DNA from: Antedon mediterranea
Lineage: Eukaryota; Animalia; Echinodermata
Reading direction: 5' to 3'
NCBI RefSeq assembly: GCF_964355755.1
Contig: NC_092670.1
Span: 19,578,795-19,642,794, forward strand
Length of the DNA stretch: 64,000 nt
Shown: positions 12,701-24,255 of the stretch, piece by piece
Layout: each line of letters opens with the position of its first letter
How positions within the stretch are numbered: the stretch's first letter is position 1
Notes under the pieces: generated by a model
What the model was told of the DNA's origin: nothing
The model's database searches: none
The model's input: the letters and a program-made list of their open reading frames with translations, nothing else
Made by a program: the position numbers and the translations under genes

Positions 12701-15700
12701 AGGCCTGAGTAAGCTAGGCCTAGCTACAGTAACTAACTAACGTAACGGCAACCTGCTTCTGCCTAGTTTTCAAGGCATTTTAGCATGATGTTATACTAAA
12801 TATGATGAAAAGATTTGTTCATTATGGCGATAAAATTTCATATGTAAACGTTTACGTACGATTGGAATAGTATTTATTTATACAGTAGTTATACGCACGA
12901 TCGCCGTACCCCCAGCGCAAGCCCTTCTTGGCGGCCACATGGTGTACGGTATTCGACTAGTATATTCTCCAGGTGATTATAGCATGGACCTATACATAGA
13001 TACTAATCGAATACGATTGTCCGTGAAAACGTGCGCCCTCTCGAAATGATCAAGCGAGGCTAGCCCACACGAACGTACGTGTTACACACACGGTCATGCA
13101 CTCGATGATGCGGCTGTTGAGGCTGGGCGCAGCCGAGCCTAGGTAAGAAAAAACCTAAATAAAGGACGCCGTTGCAGATATAACAAAATATATTATTACA
13201 ATAATATTGATTACAATTTAAAAAAACATTGTTTTGATGAAATATAAGCTGCGTCTTATACACCGACGATATAAAAAATACCGATATTTTACTCTCAGTT
13301 AGGGGGTGCGTCTTATACACAGGTGCGACTTATACACCAAAATATACGGTATCTAGAATAGCATACACCGGACTAATCATGATAAGGTGTTCACACCAGT
13401 ATAAATCAAATTTATACTGGTTTACAATCAGTGCTTGTTATTTAATCTATTATAATTATGAGGAAGATGTCATTGGAAAGGTGACTATCTAGAATAGCAT
13501 ACACCGGACTAATCATGATAAGGTGTTCACACCTGTATAAATTAAATTTATACTGGTTTACAATCAGTGCTTGTTATTTAATCTATTATAATTATGAGGA
13601 AGATGTCATTGGAAAGGTGACTATCTAGAATAGCATACACCGGACTAATCATGATAAGGTGTTCACACCTGTATAAATTAAATTTATACTGGTTTACAAT
13701 CAATGCACTACATATCATTAAAATGAAACTAATAATTGTGTATGTGAGACTAAAATGCATCCAGCATGCGTTCTTTGTATTATTTCTTTTAAGTCTCTCT
13801 ATTTTTTTTCCAGCCGGGTGAAGACCCAATTTTAATAGAGAAATTAGCAGTGCCGTTATTGATTAGCGGATTTAACTTGATACTTCCGTATATGTTTAGT
13901 GTTCTTGGCTCCTTTGAAGGCTACAGAAGTCCTAGAATACAGCTATACATTGCATTAGGCAGGTTAGTACACTTGATATATATCAGTAGATTTTGATGGT
14001 TTAAAAAAAAAATAATAATTTACCAATCCTAGTGTCCTGTGATTTGACAATTATGCTTAGCAAAAAAATCTATGATTTTGTTTAAGTCAATTTTGTTCTC
14101 TCATGAATTGGATTCATATAAGGTAATTGAACTTGCTTGATAAATTAAGGTTTAATTTTTCACACGAGAATTTCTTAACTAAAAAAAAATCCAGTCCTGG
14201 CCATTTCTGATATCCAGCTTTATAGTTAACTTAGCCTAAAGGCCAATTTACACAGACACGATTGGAAACGGTAAAAAACTCTGAAGATTCTCTATCTATC
14301 CTGAGCAGAAACATAGATTCTATATTTTTAGTAAACCGTTACCACTCATCTGTGTAAATTGGCCTTACAGAATGATCATGCATTTTAAAAGCTATGATTT
14401 AGTGTTCTAAATAAATTGTTTTTGTTTTCAGAACTGTGGTCATGAAAATTGCTGTTCTGGTGACCTTGTTTTACTACTTGATATCGTTAGTAGATTCAAC
14501 AAATGTAAGTTTCTTTTTAAATTTAATTTATGTGTATTCACATGTATATTTCTAAATATATTTTATATAAAATAGAGTTTAAATTTTGTTTAGAATCCAG
14601 ACCTTAAATTGACCCCTTTAGACCCAGTACTTTTTACATCTATTTAGGCTCACCCAACACAAGGTGTTTAATAGAGTGTCTAAATGGTGCCAGGTAACCT
14701 AACCATTTAGAGGTTTGCCTGGTAATTGTATTATTTGCTAGCTGTGAGTCATACATTTATTCCTATTCTTTTTTAGTGCTGGGAGACATTTCTTGGAGCT
14801 GAAATATACAAACTGGTCATTATAGATTTCATTGTTCAAGCACTCTCCACGTTCTTTCTTGAGTTTGTTAGAAAGTAAGTACCAACTTTTTTTAAATAGT
14901 TACTGCAGTATCCAGTTTGCCAGTTACTGCAGTATCAAGTTTGCCAGTTACTGCAGTATCAAGTTTGCTAGTTACTGCAGTATCCAGTTTGCTAGTTACT
15001 GTAGTATCCAGTTTGCTAGTTACTGTAGTATCCAGTTTGCTAGTTACTGCAGTATCCAGTTTGCTAGTTACTGCAGTATCCAGTTTGCTAGTTACTGCAG
15101 TATCCAGTTTGCTAGTTACTGCAGTATCCAGTTTGCTAGTTACTGTAGTATCCAGTTTGCTAGTTACTGTAGTATCCAGTTTGCTAGTTACTGCAGTATC
15201 CAGTTTGCTAGTTACTGCAGTATCCAGTTTGCTAGTTACTGTAGTATCCAGTTTGCTAGTTACTGTAGTATCCAGTTTGCTAGTTACTGCAGTATCCAGT
15301 TTGCTAGTTACTGTAGTATCCAGTTTGCTAGTTACTGCAGTATCCAGTTTGCTAGTTACTGTAGTATCCAGTTTGCTAGTTACTGCAGTATCCAGTTTGC
15401 TAGTTACTGTAGTATCCAGTTTGCTAGTTACTGTAGTATCCAGTTTGCTAGTTACTGTAGTATCCAGTTTGCTAGTTACTGCAGTATCCAGTTTGCTAGT
15501 TACTGTAGTATCCAGTTTGCTAGTTACTGCAGTATCCAGTTTGCTAGTTACTGTAGTATCCAGTTTGCTAGTTACTGTAGTATCCAGTTTGCTAGTTACT
15601 GCAGTATCCAGTTTGCTAGTTACTGCAGTATCCAGTTTGCTAGTTACTGCAGTATGCAGTTTGCTAGTTACTGTAGTATCCAGTTTGCTAGTTACTGCAG

Positions 15701-18700
15701 TATCCAGTTTGCTAGTTACTGCAGTATCCAGTTTGCTAGTTACTGCAGTATCCAGTTTGCTAGTTACTGTAGTATCCAGTTTGCTAGTTACTGTAGTATC
15801 CAGTTTGCTAGTTACTGCAGTATCCAGTTTGCTAGTTACTGTAGTATCCAGTTTGCTAGTTACTGCAGTATCCAGTTTGCTAGTTACTGTAGTATCCAGT
15901 TTGCTAGTTACTGTAGTATCCAGTTTGCTAGTTACTGTAGTATCCAGTTTGCTAGTTACTGCAGTATCCAGTTTGCTAGTTACTGCAGTATCCAGTTTGC
16001 TAGTTACTGTAGTATCCAGTTTGCTAGTTACTGCAGTATCCAGTTTGCTAGTTACTGTAGTATCCAGTTTGCTAGTTACTGCAGTATCCAGTTTGCTAGT
16101 TACTGCAGTATCCAGTTTGCTAGTTACTGTAGTATCCAGTTTGCTAGTTACTGCAGTATCCAGTTTGCTAGTTACTGCAGTATCCAGTTTGCTAGTTACT
16201 GTAGTATCCAGTTTGCTAGTTACTGCAGTATCCAGTTTGCTAGTTACTGTAGTATCCAGTTTGCTAGTTACTGTAGTATCCAGTTTGCTAGTTACTGTAG
16301 TATCCAGTTTGCTAGTTACTGCAGTATCCAGTTTGCTAGTTACTGCAGTATCCAGTTTGCTAGTTACTGTAGTATCCAGTTTGCTAGTTACTGCAGTATC
16401 CAGTTTGCTAGTTACTGTAGTATCCAGTTTGCTAGTTACTGCAGTATCCAGTTTGCTAGTTACTGCAGTATCCAGTTTGCTAGTTACTGTAGTATCCAGT
16501 TTGCTAGTTACTGCAGTATCCAGTTTGCTAGTTACTGCAGTATCCAGTTTGCTAGTTACTGTAGTATCCAGTTTGCTAGTTACTGCAGTATCCAGTTTGC
16601 TAGTTACTGTAGTATCCAGTTTGCTAGTTACTGCAGTATCCAGTTTGCTAGTTACTGCAGTATCCAGTTTGCTAGTTACTGTAGTATCCAGTTTGCTAGT
16701 TACTGCAGTATCCAGTTTGCTAGTTACTGCAGTATCCAGTTTGCTAGTTACTGTAGTATCCAGTTTGCTAGTTACTGCAGTATCCAGTTTGCTAGTTACT
16801 GCAGTATCCAGTTTGCTAGTTACTGTAGTATCCAGTTTGCTAGTTACTGCAGTATCCAGTTTGCTAGTTACTGCAGTATCCAGTTTGCTAGTTACTGCAG
16901 TATCCAGTTTGCTAGTTACTGCAGTATCCAGTTTGCTAGTTACTGCAGTATCCAGTTTGCTAGTTACTGCAGTATCCAGTTTGCTAGTTACTGCAGTATC
17001 CAGTTTGCTAGTTACTGCAGTATCCAGTTTGCTAGTTACTGCAGTATCCAGTTTGCTAGTTACTGTAGTATCCAGTTTGCTAGTTACTGCAGTATCCAGT
17101 TTGCTAGTTACTGCAGTATCCAGTTTCCTAGTTACTGCAGTATCCAGTTTGCTAGTTACTGCAGTATCCAGTTTGCTAGTTACTGTAGTATCCAGTTTGC
17201 TAGTTACTGCAGTATCCAGTTTGCTAGTTACTGTAGTATCCAGTTTGCTAGTTACTGTAGTATCCAGTTTGCTAGTTACTGCAGTATCCAGTTTGCTAGT
17301 TACTGCAGTATCCAGTTTGCTAGTTACTGCAGTATCCAGTTTGCTAGTTACTGCAGTATCCAGTTTGCTAGTTACTGTAGTATCCAGTTTGCTAGTTACT
17401 GTAGTATCCAGTTTGCTAGTTACTGCAGTATCCAGTTTGCTAGTTACTGTAGTATCCAGTTTGCTAGTTACTGCAGTATCCAGTTTGCTAGTTACTGTAG
17501 TATCCAGTTTGCTAGTTACTGTAGTATCCAGTTTGCTAGTTACTGTAGTATCCAGTTTGCTAGTTACTGCAGTATCCAGTTTGCTAGTTACTGCAGTATC
17601 CAGTTTGCTAGTTACTGTAGTATCCAGTTTGCTAGTTACTGTAGTATCCAGTTTGCTAGTTACTGCAGTATCCAGTTTGCTAGTTACTGCAGTATCCAGT
17701 TTGCTAGTTACTGCAGTATCCAGTTTGCTAGTTACTGTAGTATCCAGTTTGCTAGTTACTGCAGTATCCAGTTTGCTAGTTACTGCAGTATCCAGTTTGC
17801 TAGTTACAGTAGTATCCAGTTTGCTAGTTACTGCAGTATCCAGTTTGCTAGTTACTGCAGTATCCAGTTTGCTAGTTACTGTAGTATCCAGTTTGCTAGT
17901 TACTGCAGTATCCAGTTTGCTAGTTACTGCAGTATCCAGTTTGCTAGTTACTGCAGTATCCAGTTTGCTAGTTACTGCAGTATCCAGTTTGCTAGTTACT
18001 GTAGTATCCAGTTTGCTAGTTACTGCAGTATCCAGTTTGCTAGTTACTGCAGTATCCAGTTTGCTAGTTACTGCAGTATCCAGTTTGCTAGTTACTGTAG
18101 TATCCAGTTTGCTAGTTACTGTAGTATCCAGTTTGCTAGTTACTGTAGTATCCAGTTTGCTAGTTACTGCAGTATCCAGTTTGCTAGTTACTGTAGTATC
18201 CAGTTTGCTAGTTACTGTAGTATCCAGTTTGCTAGTTACTGCAGTATCCAGTTTGCTAGTTACTGTAGTATCCAGTTTGCTAGTTACTGCAGTATCCAGT
18301 TTGCTAGTTACTGTAGTATCCAGTTTGCTAGTTACTGCAGTATCCAGTTTGCTAGTTACTGTAGTATCCAGTTTGCTAGTTACTGCAGTATCCAGTTTGC
18401 TAGTTACTGCAGTATCCAGTTTGCTAGTTACTGTAGTATCCAGTTTGCCAGCTACTGCAGTATCCAGTTTGTTAGTTACTGCAGTATCCAGTTTGCTAAT
18501 TACTGCAGTATTTTTTAGTTACTGCGATATCCAGTTTGCTCTTTAAAAGGATCATCATCATTTGCTACTTTTTTCATCTATTTTTCAGGATAGGTAAAGA
18601 TTATTTTTGCCGTAATTTTGCTTCACCAGAGTTTGATATTGCCCGCAATACGCTAGAGCTGATTCAGGCCCAGACATTTACATGGTGTGTATACAAAAAT

Positions 18701-21700
18701 GCTGTAGTGTAAATAGAGAGAGACACATTTAGGCAACTGAAATTGCTTTTAAATTAACATCTACCCACAGTTGGAGCCCTGTCTACACTATCAAATTAGT
18801 TTGACAAAAAATGTGTTATGTGCCCAAATATGGTAGTGATATGATGTCATCGTGTCCATATATGGGCACAGCACATTTTTTTGTCACATAAAGTTTTATA
18901 GTGTACACAGAGCTTAAGATTTCTCTAAGAGTCTGCAGGTTATTCATTTGCCTCTGACTGAATTTACTATCATATTTATTAATCAGTGTTTTTGTCGCTT
19001 TATTTCAGGATTGGAATGTACTATGCACCACTTCTCATGATCATTTGTATTTTTAAACTCTTTGTACTTTTTTATGTTAAAAAGGTGAATATTAATAGAA
19101 TTGATATACATAGAACCCATTTGGTACCAGTTGAGCACACAGATTTTGGAGTGATAATATTGTTAATCATAGTATACTATGGTATACATAGAACCAATTT
19201 GGTACCAGTGGAGCACCCACATTTTGGAGTGATAATATTTTTAATAATAGTTGGTATACATAGAACCAATTTGGTACCAGTGGAGCACCCAGATTTTGGA
19301 GTGATATTTTTAATAATAGTATACTATGGTATACATAGAACCAATTTGGTACCAGTGGAGCACCCAGATTTTGGAGTGATAATATTTTTAATAATAGTAT
19401 ACTATGGTATACATAGAACCAATTTGGTACCGGTGGAGCTCACACATTATATTTTATTATACTATTACATCCATTGTGTCATTATTATATAGTTTAATTG
19501 AAAGATATTTTAGAATTGATATTTTCTTATTTGTTCTTCAGTTAAGCGTTTTATACAACTGTAAACCATCATTGAAACCATGGAGACTCGGTCGTACTCG
19601 TACTGCGTTTATGTTTGTCCTTCTATCGATGTATCTAGTGTGTTTAATCTGTGTAAGCTACAGTGTGGTGAAGTAAGTTATTTTATTTTGTTTCTCCAAT
19701 CTAGTTTACAATATAAAATGTTACCATATTCTGTGTATGGGTTTTCTTTAAAAAAAAAAATGATTTTCTGTAGGATCAAACCATCAGAAAATTGCGGGCC
19801 GTTTTGCGGCGTAAATAGTACCTTTGAAGTAATCAGTGGAAAGTTTGAGTCTGCCGAAGTTTTTACAACGTTAGTAGGAATAATTACAGCACCGGGAGTC
19901 GTTGCCGCTGTCATAACACTTTTGATGTAAGTAATATATTTACTATGTTTATTTTAGTACATTTTTTCAAATCCAACATAAAAACTATAGGACATAAAAA
20001 TGTAGGGACAATTTCATCTTGTTTTACAATAGGTATTACCAAAGAATATATATCACAAGAATGAGTAATCCACGATTTTCCGTGTAACAGTAATATTGTC
20101 CATGTGGTAGGGCGCCGCCATAAGTGTGGATGTATCTGGGATGTATACAACTTTTTGTGACGGTTTCAATAATCAAAGGCTAGACCACCGGTAGTATTTT
20201 CATGATAAAAAATGTTATCAACTGCATGCCAACATCATGTTAAATACTATTTGGATATTTAATTGTTCGTTTTATGCAATTTATTTAGTAAAAACTGCCG
20301 TATAAACAGTTTGCTTTATCAACCGGGCGCTACGATAACGTGACCGGGCGTGTTGGTGTTTACGCGTTTTCACGAAGGATAGTTTAATAATATTCCTATA
20401 TTTAACTTGTTTCTGGTAAAACAAAAAATACTATTTGGATATTTAATTGTTCGTTTTATGCAATTTATTTAGTAAAAACTGCCGTATAAACAGTTTGCTT
20501 TATCAACCGGGCGCTACGATAGCGTGACCGGGCGTGTGTTGGTGTTTAGGCGTTTTCACAAAGGATAGTTTAATAATATTCCTATATTTAACTTGTTTCT
20601 GGTAAAACAAATAAATGTTAATGACATTTAACATTTTATCCTATTAATAACATGTATTTTATACTAATTTATATCATAAAAACAATACTTAATTTACCGG
20701 GCGTAGAGTAGTACACGGCAATGGTAAAGAATAGGCCATGCTGAGTAACGATTCGTTGATTTTTGGTGTTGCTGTGTTAGGCCTTTTTTGTGAACTAACT
20801 TAGCATGTTAGTAAATAATTGTCTGTAAAAGTGAATGTACACTAGTTTGTTAATAAATATGTATTATAAAATAGTTTACAATTGCAAAAACTATTATCAT
20901 AATTCTATTTAATGTATAATATTTTTTAAATCAAGTCTTATTTAGTATGTATACATCCGCCCTTATGAGGGCGGGCATCACTCACTGGAGCTCTCTGTTA
21001 CAAATTTCTCATGCAAAAATCGCGGAATACTCATTCTTGTTATATTTATTCTTTGGTATTACAAAGATTTCTTTTTGTAAGTTCGCTTATAATTTTTTGG
21101 TTTTTACAAAAAGAAATCTAAAATGTCTCACTTTAGGTGGAATAAAAGACATAATTATACATTTAGACCACCAATCTTTCATTTTATATGATGGTAAATT
21201 CAGTACTAAGCATTTTTATCTAAAAATAATAAAGAACATAACATCTGCTTAATGTCTCATCTGAAGAATGAGACACTCAGTAAGTAAATTGTCATGTTCG
21301 AGTGAGTCACACACATTTTACCATATCCCATTGTCATATATAATACTTATATAGACATTTTATTACTCCTGTAATTATGCCCTTGTCATTTCTACAGGTT
21401 GATGGTATATTACTATAGGGCTGTATTGGAAGGACGGAAAGAAATGGTGAGACAACTTAAACAACAAATAACACTGGTATGTAAAAGTTAGAAAGGGTTT
21501 CTTGCACACTGATACTACAGTTTAAAGTCTTTATCTAATATACACTTACGGCCAACTTGGACAGCATCGTATTTCAAGATCCGACGAAACTTCTTGACTC
21601 ATCGGTACCGTCTTGAAATAGCCTCAGGCATAGTTTTTAGAGCGCTGGGAAAACTTGTTTAAATTTCCTCGTTCCTCGTACGACGCTGTCTGAGTTGGCC

Positions 21701-22002
21701 TTTACTCTACCACCAGAATGAGGAGTGTCTTCAACCTGTGCTGATATTATAGCTTACGACACCGCTTGACTTGCCTGTTTTATATTTGCCTACATTCCCA
21801 AGGTTTTATGTTCAAATCAAGTATATTTTCTCCTTACACTTTTTAGGAAGGAAAAGACAAACGGTTCCTACTCCAAAAATATCAAAACGCTACACTGAAG
21901 CAACAAGAAAAACGGAGCAAGCATGGAGTTAAGAAAGGACACATGTCGAAAAAGAGAATTGCAAATCAGAATATCCAACCAGCAGCTGGACGTCACAACT
22001 AG
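6704..22002 (+). CDS. TMC: Transmembrane channel-like (TMC family; TMC5/TMC7-like) protein, about 810 aa, 17 coding exons
   Basis: GT-AG exons in continuous frame: 6704-6896, 7464-7667, 7968-8196, 9900-9993, 10387-10644, 10914-11050, 11465-11612, 12199-12357, 13814-13962, 14432-14504, 14777-14874, 18589-18684, 19009-19084, 19542-19672, 19774-19926, 21398-21476, 21847-22002 (2433 nt). TMC signatures: [101 protein letters not shown]. The exact paralog is not determined. Confidence 0.93.
6990..7175 (-). mobile_element. tRNA-derived SINE with Deu/Nin-type central domain
   Basis: The - strand reads GTCTTTTAGATGAGACGTTA...GCATGTTAAAGAACGCGGTACACTCTTCGAAAAAGAGTAGGG...CCTGGTGT, resembling the conserved Deu/Nin SINE core as recalled. 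A B-box-like GGTTTGAATCCC lies upstream. Confidence 0.6.
8483..8554 (-). tRNA. tRNA-like (pseudo-tRNA, anticodon TGT), copy 1
   Basis: Reverse complement of 9001..9072. Confidence 0.5.
8850..8921 (-). tRNA. tRNA-like (pseudo-tRNA, anticodon TGT), copy 2
   Basis: Reverse complement of 9001..9072. Confidence 0.5.
9001..9072 (+). tRNA. tRNA-like (Pro-like body, TGT anticodon; probably repeat-derived pseudo-tRNA), copy 3
   Basis: Cloverleaf: acceptor GGCTCTG/CAGAGAC (1 mismatch), A-box TGGTCTAGTGG, anticodon stem CTCGC/GCGAG with loop CCTGTAA, T-arm GCAGG-TTCGAAT-CCAGC (1 mismatch), followed by a T6 Pol III terminator. Confidence 0.55.
9208..9481. repeat. (TA)n-flanked inverted repeat with 67-bp arms, probable Penelope-like element remnant
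   Basis: 9208-9274 is the reverse complement of 9415-9481. The spacer carries a hammerhead motif. Confidence 0.85.
9335..9375 (-). ncRNA. Minimal type I hammerhead ribozyme
   Basis: The - strand RNA reads UUGCA-CUGAUGA-A-GGGC-UAGUGUU-GCCC-GAAA-GCUC-UGCUA: conserved core, stem II GGGC/GCCC, palindromic AGCU stem III, and stem I GCA/UGC. Confidence 0.7.
9502..9617. repeat. Perfect 116-bp spacerless palindrome
   Basis: Centre GACA|TGTC at 9559/9560; the arms extend to A7/T7; it lies between (TA)n tracts. Confidence 0.92.
12314..13700 (+). repeat. Four ~136-bp-type tandem repeats duplicating the end of TMC coding exon 8 and its splice donor
   Basis: TGTTATTTAATCTATTAT..TTATGAGGAAGATGTCATTGGAAAG|GT recurs at about 12314, 12509, 13436 and 13573. 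Confidence 0.85.
12561..13349. mobile_element. Tc1/mariner (pogo/Tigger-like) MITE
   Basis: TIRs CCGTATATTT..TGTATAAGTCGCAC / GTGCGACTTATACA..AAATATACGG with a TA TSD. The empty site GGTGACTATCTAG is seen in the neighbouring repeat copies. Confidence 0.88.
14239..14366. mobile_element. Short MITE
   Basis: TIRs AAGGCCAATTTACACAGA / TCTGTGTAAATTGGCCTT. Confidence 0.7.
14898..18540. repeat. 24-bp minisatellite, about 150 copies, in TMC intron 11
   Basis: Unit AGTTACTG(C/T)AGTATCCAGTTTGCT. It lies between the donor at 14875 and the acceptor at 18588. Confidence 0.97.
18775..18916. mobile_element. Short MITE
   Basis: Imperfect TIRs AGCCCTGTCTACACTAT / ATAGTGTACACAGAGCT, with inner inverted repeats TGACAAAAAATGTG / CACATTTTTTTGTCA. 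Confidence 0.65.
19103..19440. repeat. ~80-bp minisatellite, about 4 copies, in TMC intron 13
   Basis: GGTATACATAGAACCAATTTGGTACCAGTGGAGCACCC... is repeated. Confidence 0.9.
20040..21055. mobile_element. Non-autonomous P-superfamily (Galileo-like) TIR element
   Basis: About 45-bp imperfect TIRs starting CAAAGAATA, an exact 7-bp TSD GTATTAC (20033-20039 and 21056-21062), and an internal 185-bp tandem duplication (about 20243-20610). Confidence 0.8.
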
Positions 22003-22206
22003 TTACCTTTGACCCCTATAAGTGACTATTTTGTTTTGGTGTACACAGTACTATCAGCCATTGTATATATTTATTTGATGACAAATTTGTAGCCGAATTA
22101 CCCTCAATATCAATTATATTTTACAGTAAATTAGAGTTATCTAGAATTTACCAAATTGTCTAATGTTAAATATGTAGGAATATGCAACTGCGTTTAGTCA
22201 TTCTTA

Positions 22207-22382
22207 AAGTGTGGTTCCCATTAGCGACGCAACACAAGGACGTAACGCAAGTGAATTGACCAATCACAAGCGATGGCTTATTCGCTTGTAATTGCTAACT
22301 GTCTATAACTTCGCTTGTCATTGGTTAAAACGCTTGCGTTGCGTTTACGTCCTTGCGTTACGTTCTAGTGGGAACCAAGCTT
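22207..22382. mobile_element. 176-bp MITE in the probable TMC 3' UTR
   Basis: TIRs AAGTGTGGTTCCCA / TGGGAACCAAGCTT with TA flanks. A near-identical inverted copy lies at 59937..60112. AATAAA is downstream at 22471. Confidence 0.85.
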
Positions 22383-24255
22383 TAGGTATCTTTTGGATCC
22401 CGTAAGCTTTCATAGTATATGGTGCATTAATGGTTTGAAACAGCAAACTAATATATTTTGTATATAAGAAAATAAAGGTGTGATTATTTTAGAATATATT
22501 TTCATCACATACTTTCAACCAATTTTTCATTGTATGTTTACTATAATATTCTTTTTCTTTTTTAAAACTTGTTTTTGTCAACAATGTTTTTTTAATTAAT
22601 AATATTTTTTTGTTAATTTCACACGTGTTACATTTAGGATGGAGAAATAAATTGAGATTTCTCTATGCATATGTAAAAACATAAATGCATAGAATATCAG
22701 TACGGGCCAAAGGTGTCAGAATTTATGACTTTCTGAAACAAATCCTACCTCTTCCTCCTTGTACAACGGCCGTTTAACTGAATATAATATTGTATAAAGT
22801 ACTATTTGATGAATACTAAATGATTATAGAGTTTTGTGACAGATTTTTGAACAAAAAAATTTGTAAGGGTAGTGCTGCACCTCTTCTCTCCCCCATCCCC
22901 AACTTCCCCACTTTTACCTCTCTCCTTCTTTCTCTACACTTATCTTCATCTTATATTAACTATGTTTGTACTCGGGATATGTTTTATGCATTCTCTGTAT
23001 TCTCTGTACAGTTTTCTGCCAGAATAGTTTGACCCAAACATATTTGTAGTTTGTCCACCATCAGCAATTAAATCTCCCCCTCCCCATCTCCTTCCCCCCC
23101 CCCCTCCCCGACCTCCTCTCTCCCCAAAGTCAGTGCTGCTACTGATGTCTTATAATCCTTGTTTGTGATTGACACGTTTAGATATCATGCAATTTCTCTA
23201 AGTGCCTTAATCTTGTATATAATAAATAAGCAAATCATTTTTATCTATTATTTTAAGTCTTTCATATTGTAAAATATTAAAATGGAAAATAATATACTGT
23301 AATAGGAACATGTTACATATTTTATTTTGAATATTCCACCATATCAATTCTATTTATTTTGTTTTATTACTATATTACTATTACTATATTATTTATTATA
23401 ATTACTATAATGTTGTTTTTTTTTTTAGCTTTTGAAATATTGCTAATGATTTAGATTTTATTCAAGCTTGGTTCCCACTCATTGACATAACGCAAAAACG
23501 TAAGCGTAAGAAAGTTGACCAATAACGACGCGGTGGCTAATATGAACTGTCGCTTGTGATTGGTTAACTCACTTGCAGTGCGGTATGTCATGGCGCGTTC
23601 CGTCTCAAAATACTTGATTCCTTGTGCCTATTGTTATCATTTATATCAATGTTTGTACTGTCAGGTTTTGCAGAGAATTACATTTTTAACGAGATAATTT
23701 TCATACAATAAATAATTGTGCCTTAATAACAAATTGAGTTATTTTTTTACATTTAGTAGTATTTGTAAACTTTTATACAGCGTGAGCAAATAAGAATATT
23801 TATTTATATTTTGCCAGCATGCATAGATTAGGCAACGCCCACATCGCATATAACGCATTCATTTGTGTTATGTCTTCCGTCTTCAAAGTTCATGGTTCGA
23901 ATTTAAATAAACAGACGTTTCGAAATACTAGTTGATAATGATAACCCATTTAATTATATCTTTCATACTGTATCTAACTGATAACAAAGTAATACTATTT
24001 AAGGAACAATAAAAAAAATGTCAATATTAAATCTGGTCAACAAACTTTAGGTACCGCATGTGTACTTTTGTAACAAGGACGTGGCAACTCCACTGCCTAG
24101 CTCACACGCGCGCGAAGACGTACGATACGTCGTACGTGTGCACTTAAGTTTGAACACTCTTGGGTGGCTTTTTTTTTAAAGCTGTATGGCGATGATGAAG
24201 TTTATGATTGTAATCTAAAAAGTTAATGACAGTTGTTTTGCACATATCTCTGGTA

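Noticed and set aside
14832-18546. Two ~1200-aa repeat ORFs (FASYCSIQ and VTAVSSLL)
   Set aside because: They are by-products of a stop-free 24-bp minisatellite inside a well-defined TMC intron and have non-ATG starts.
18986-19492. 168-aa hydrophobic repeat ORF
   Set aside because: It is TMC exon 13 read through into an intronic ~80-bp minisatellite.
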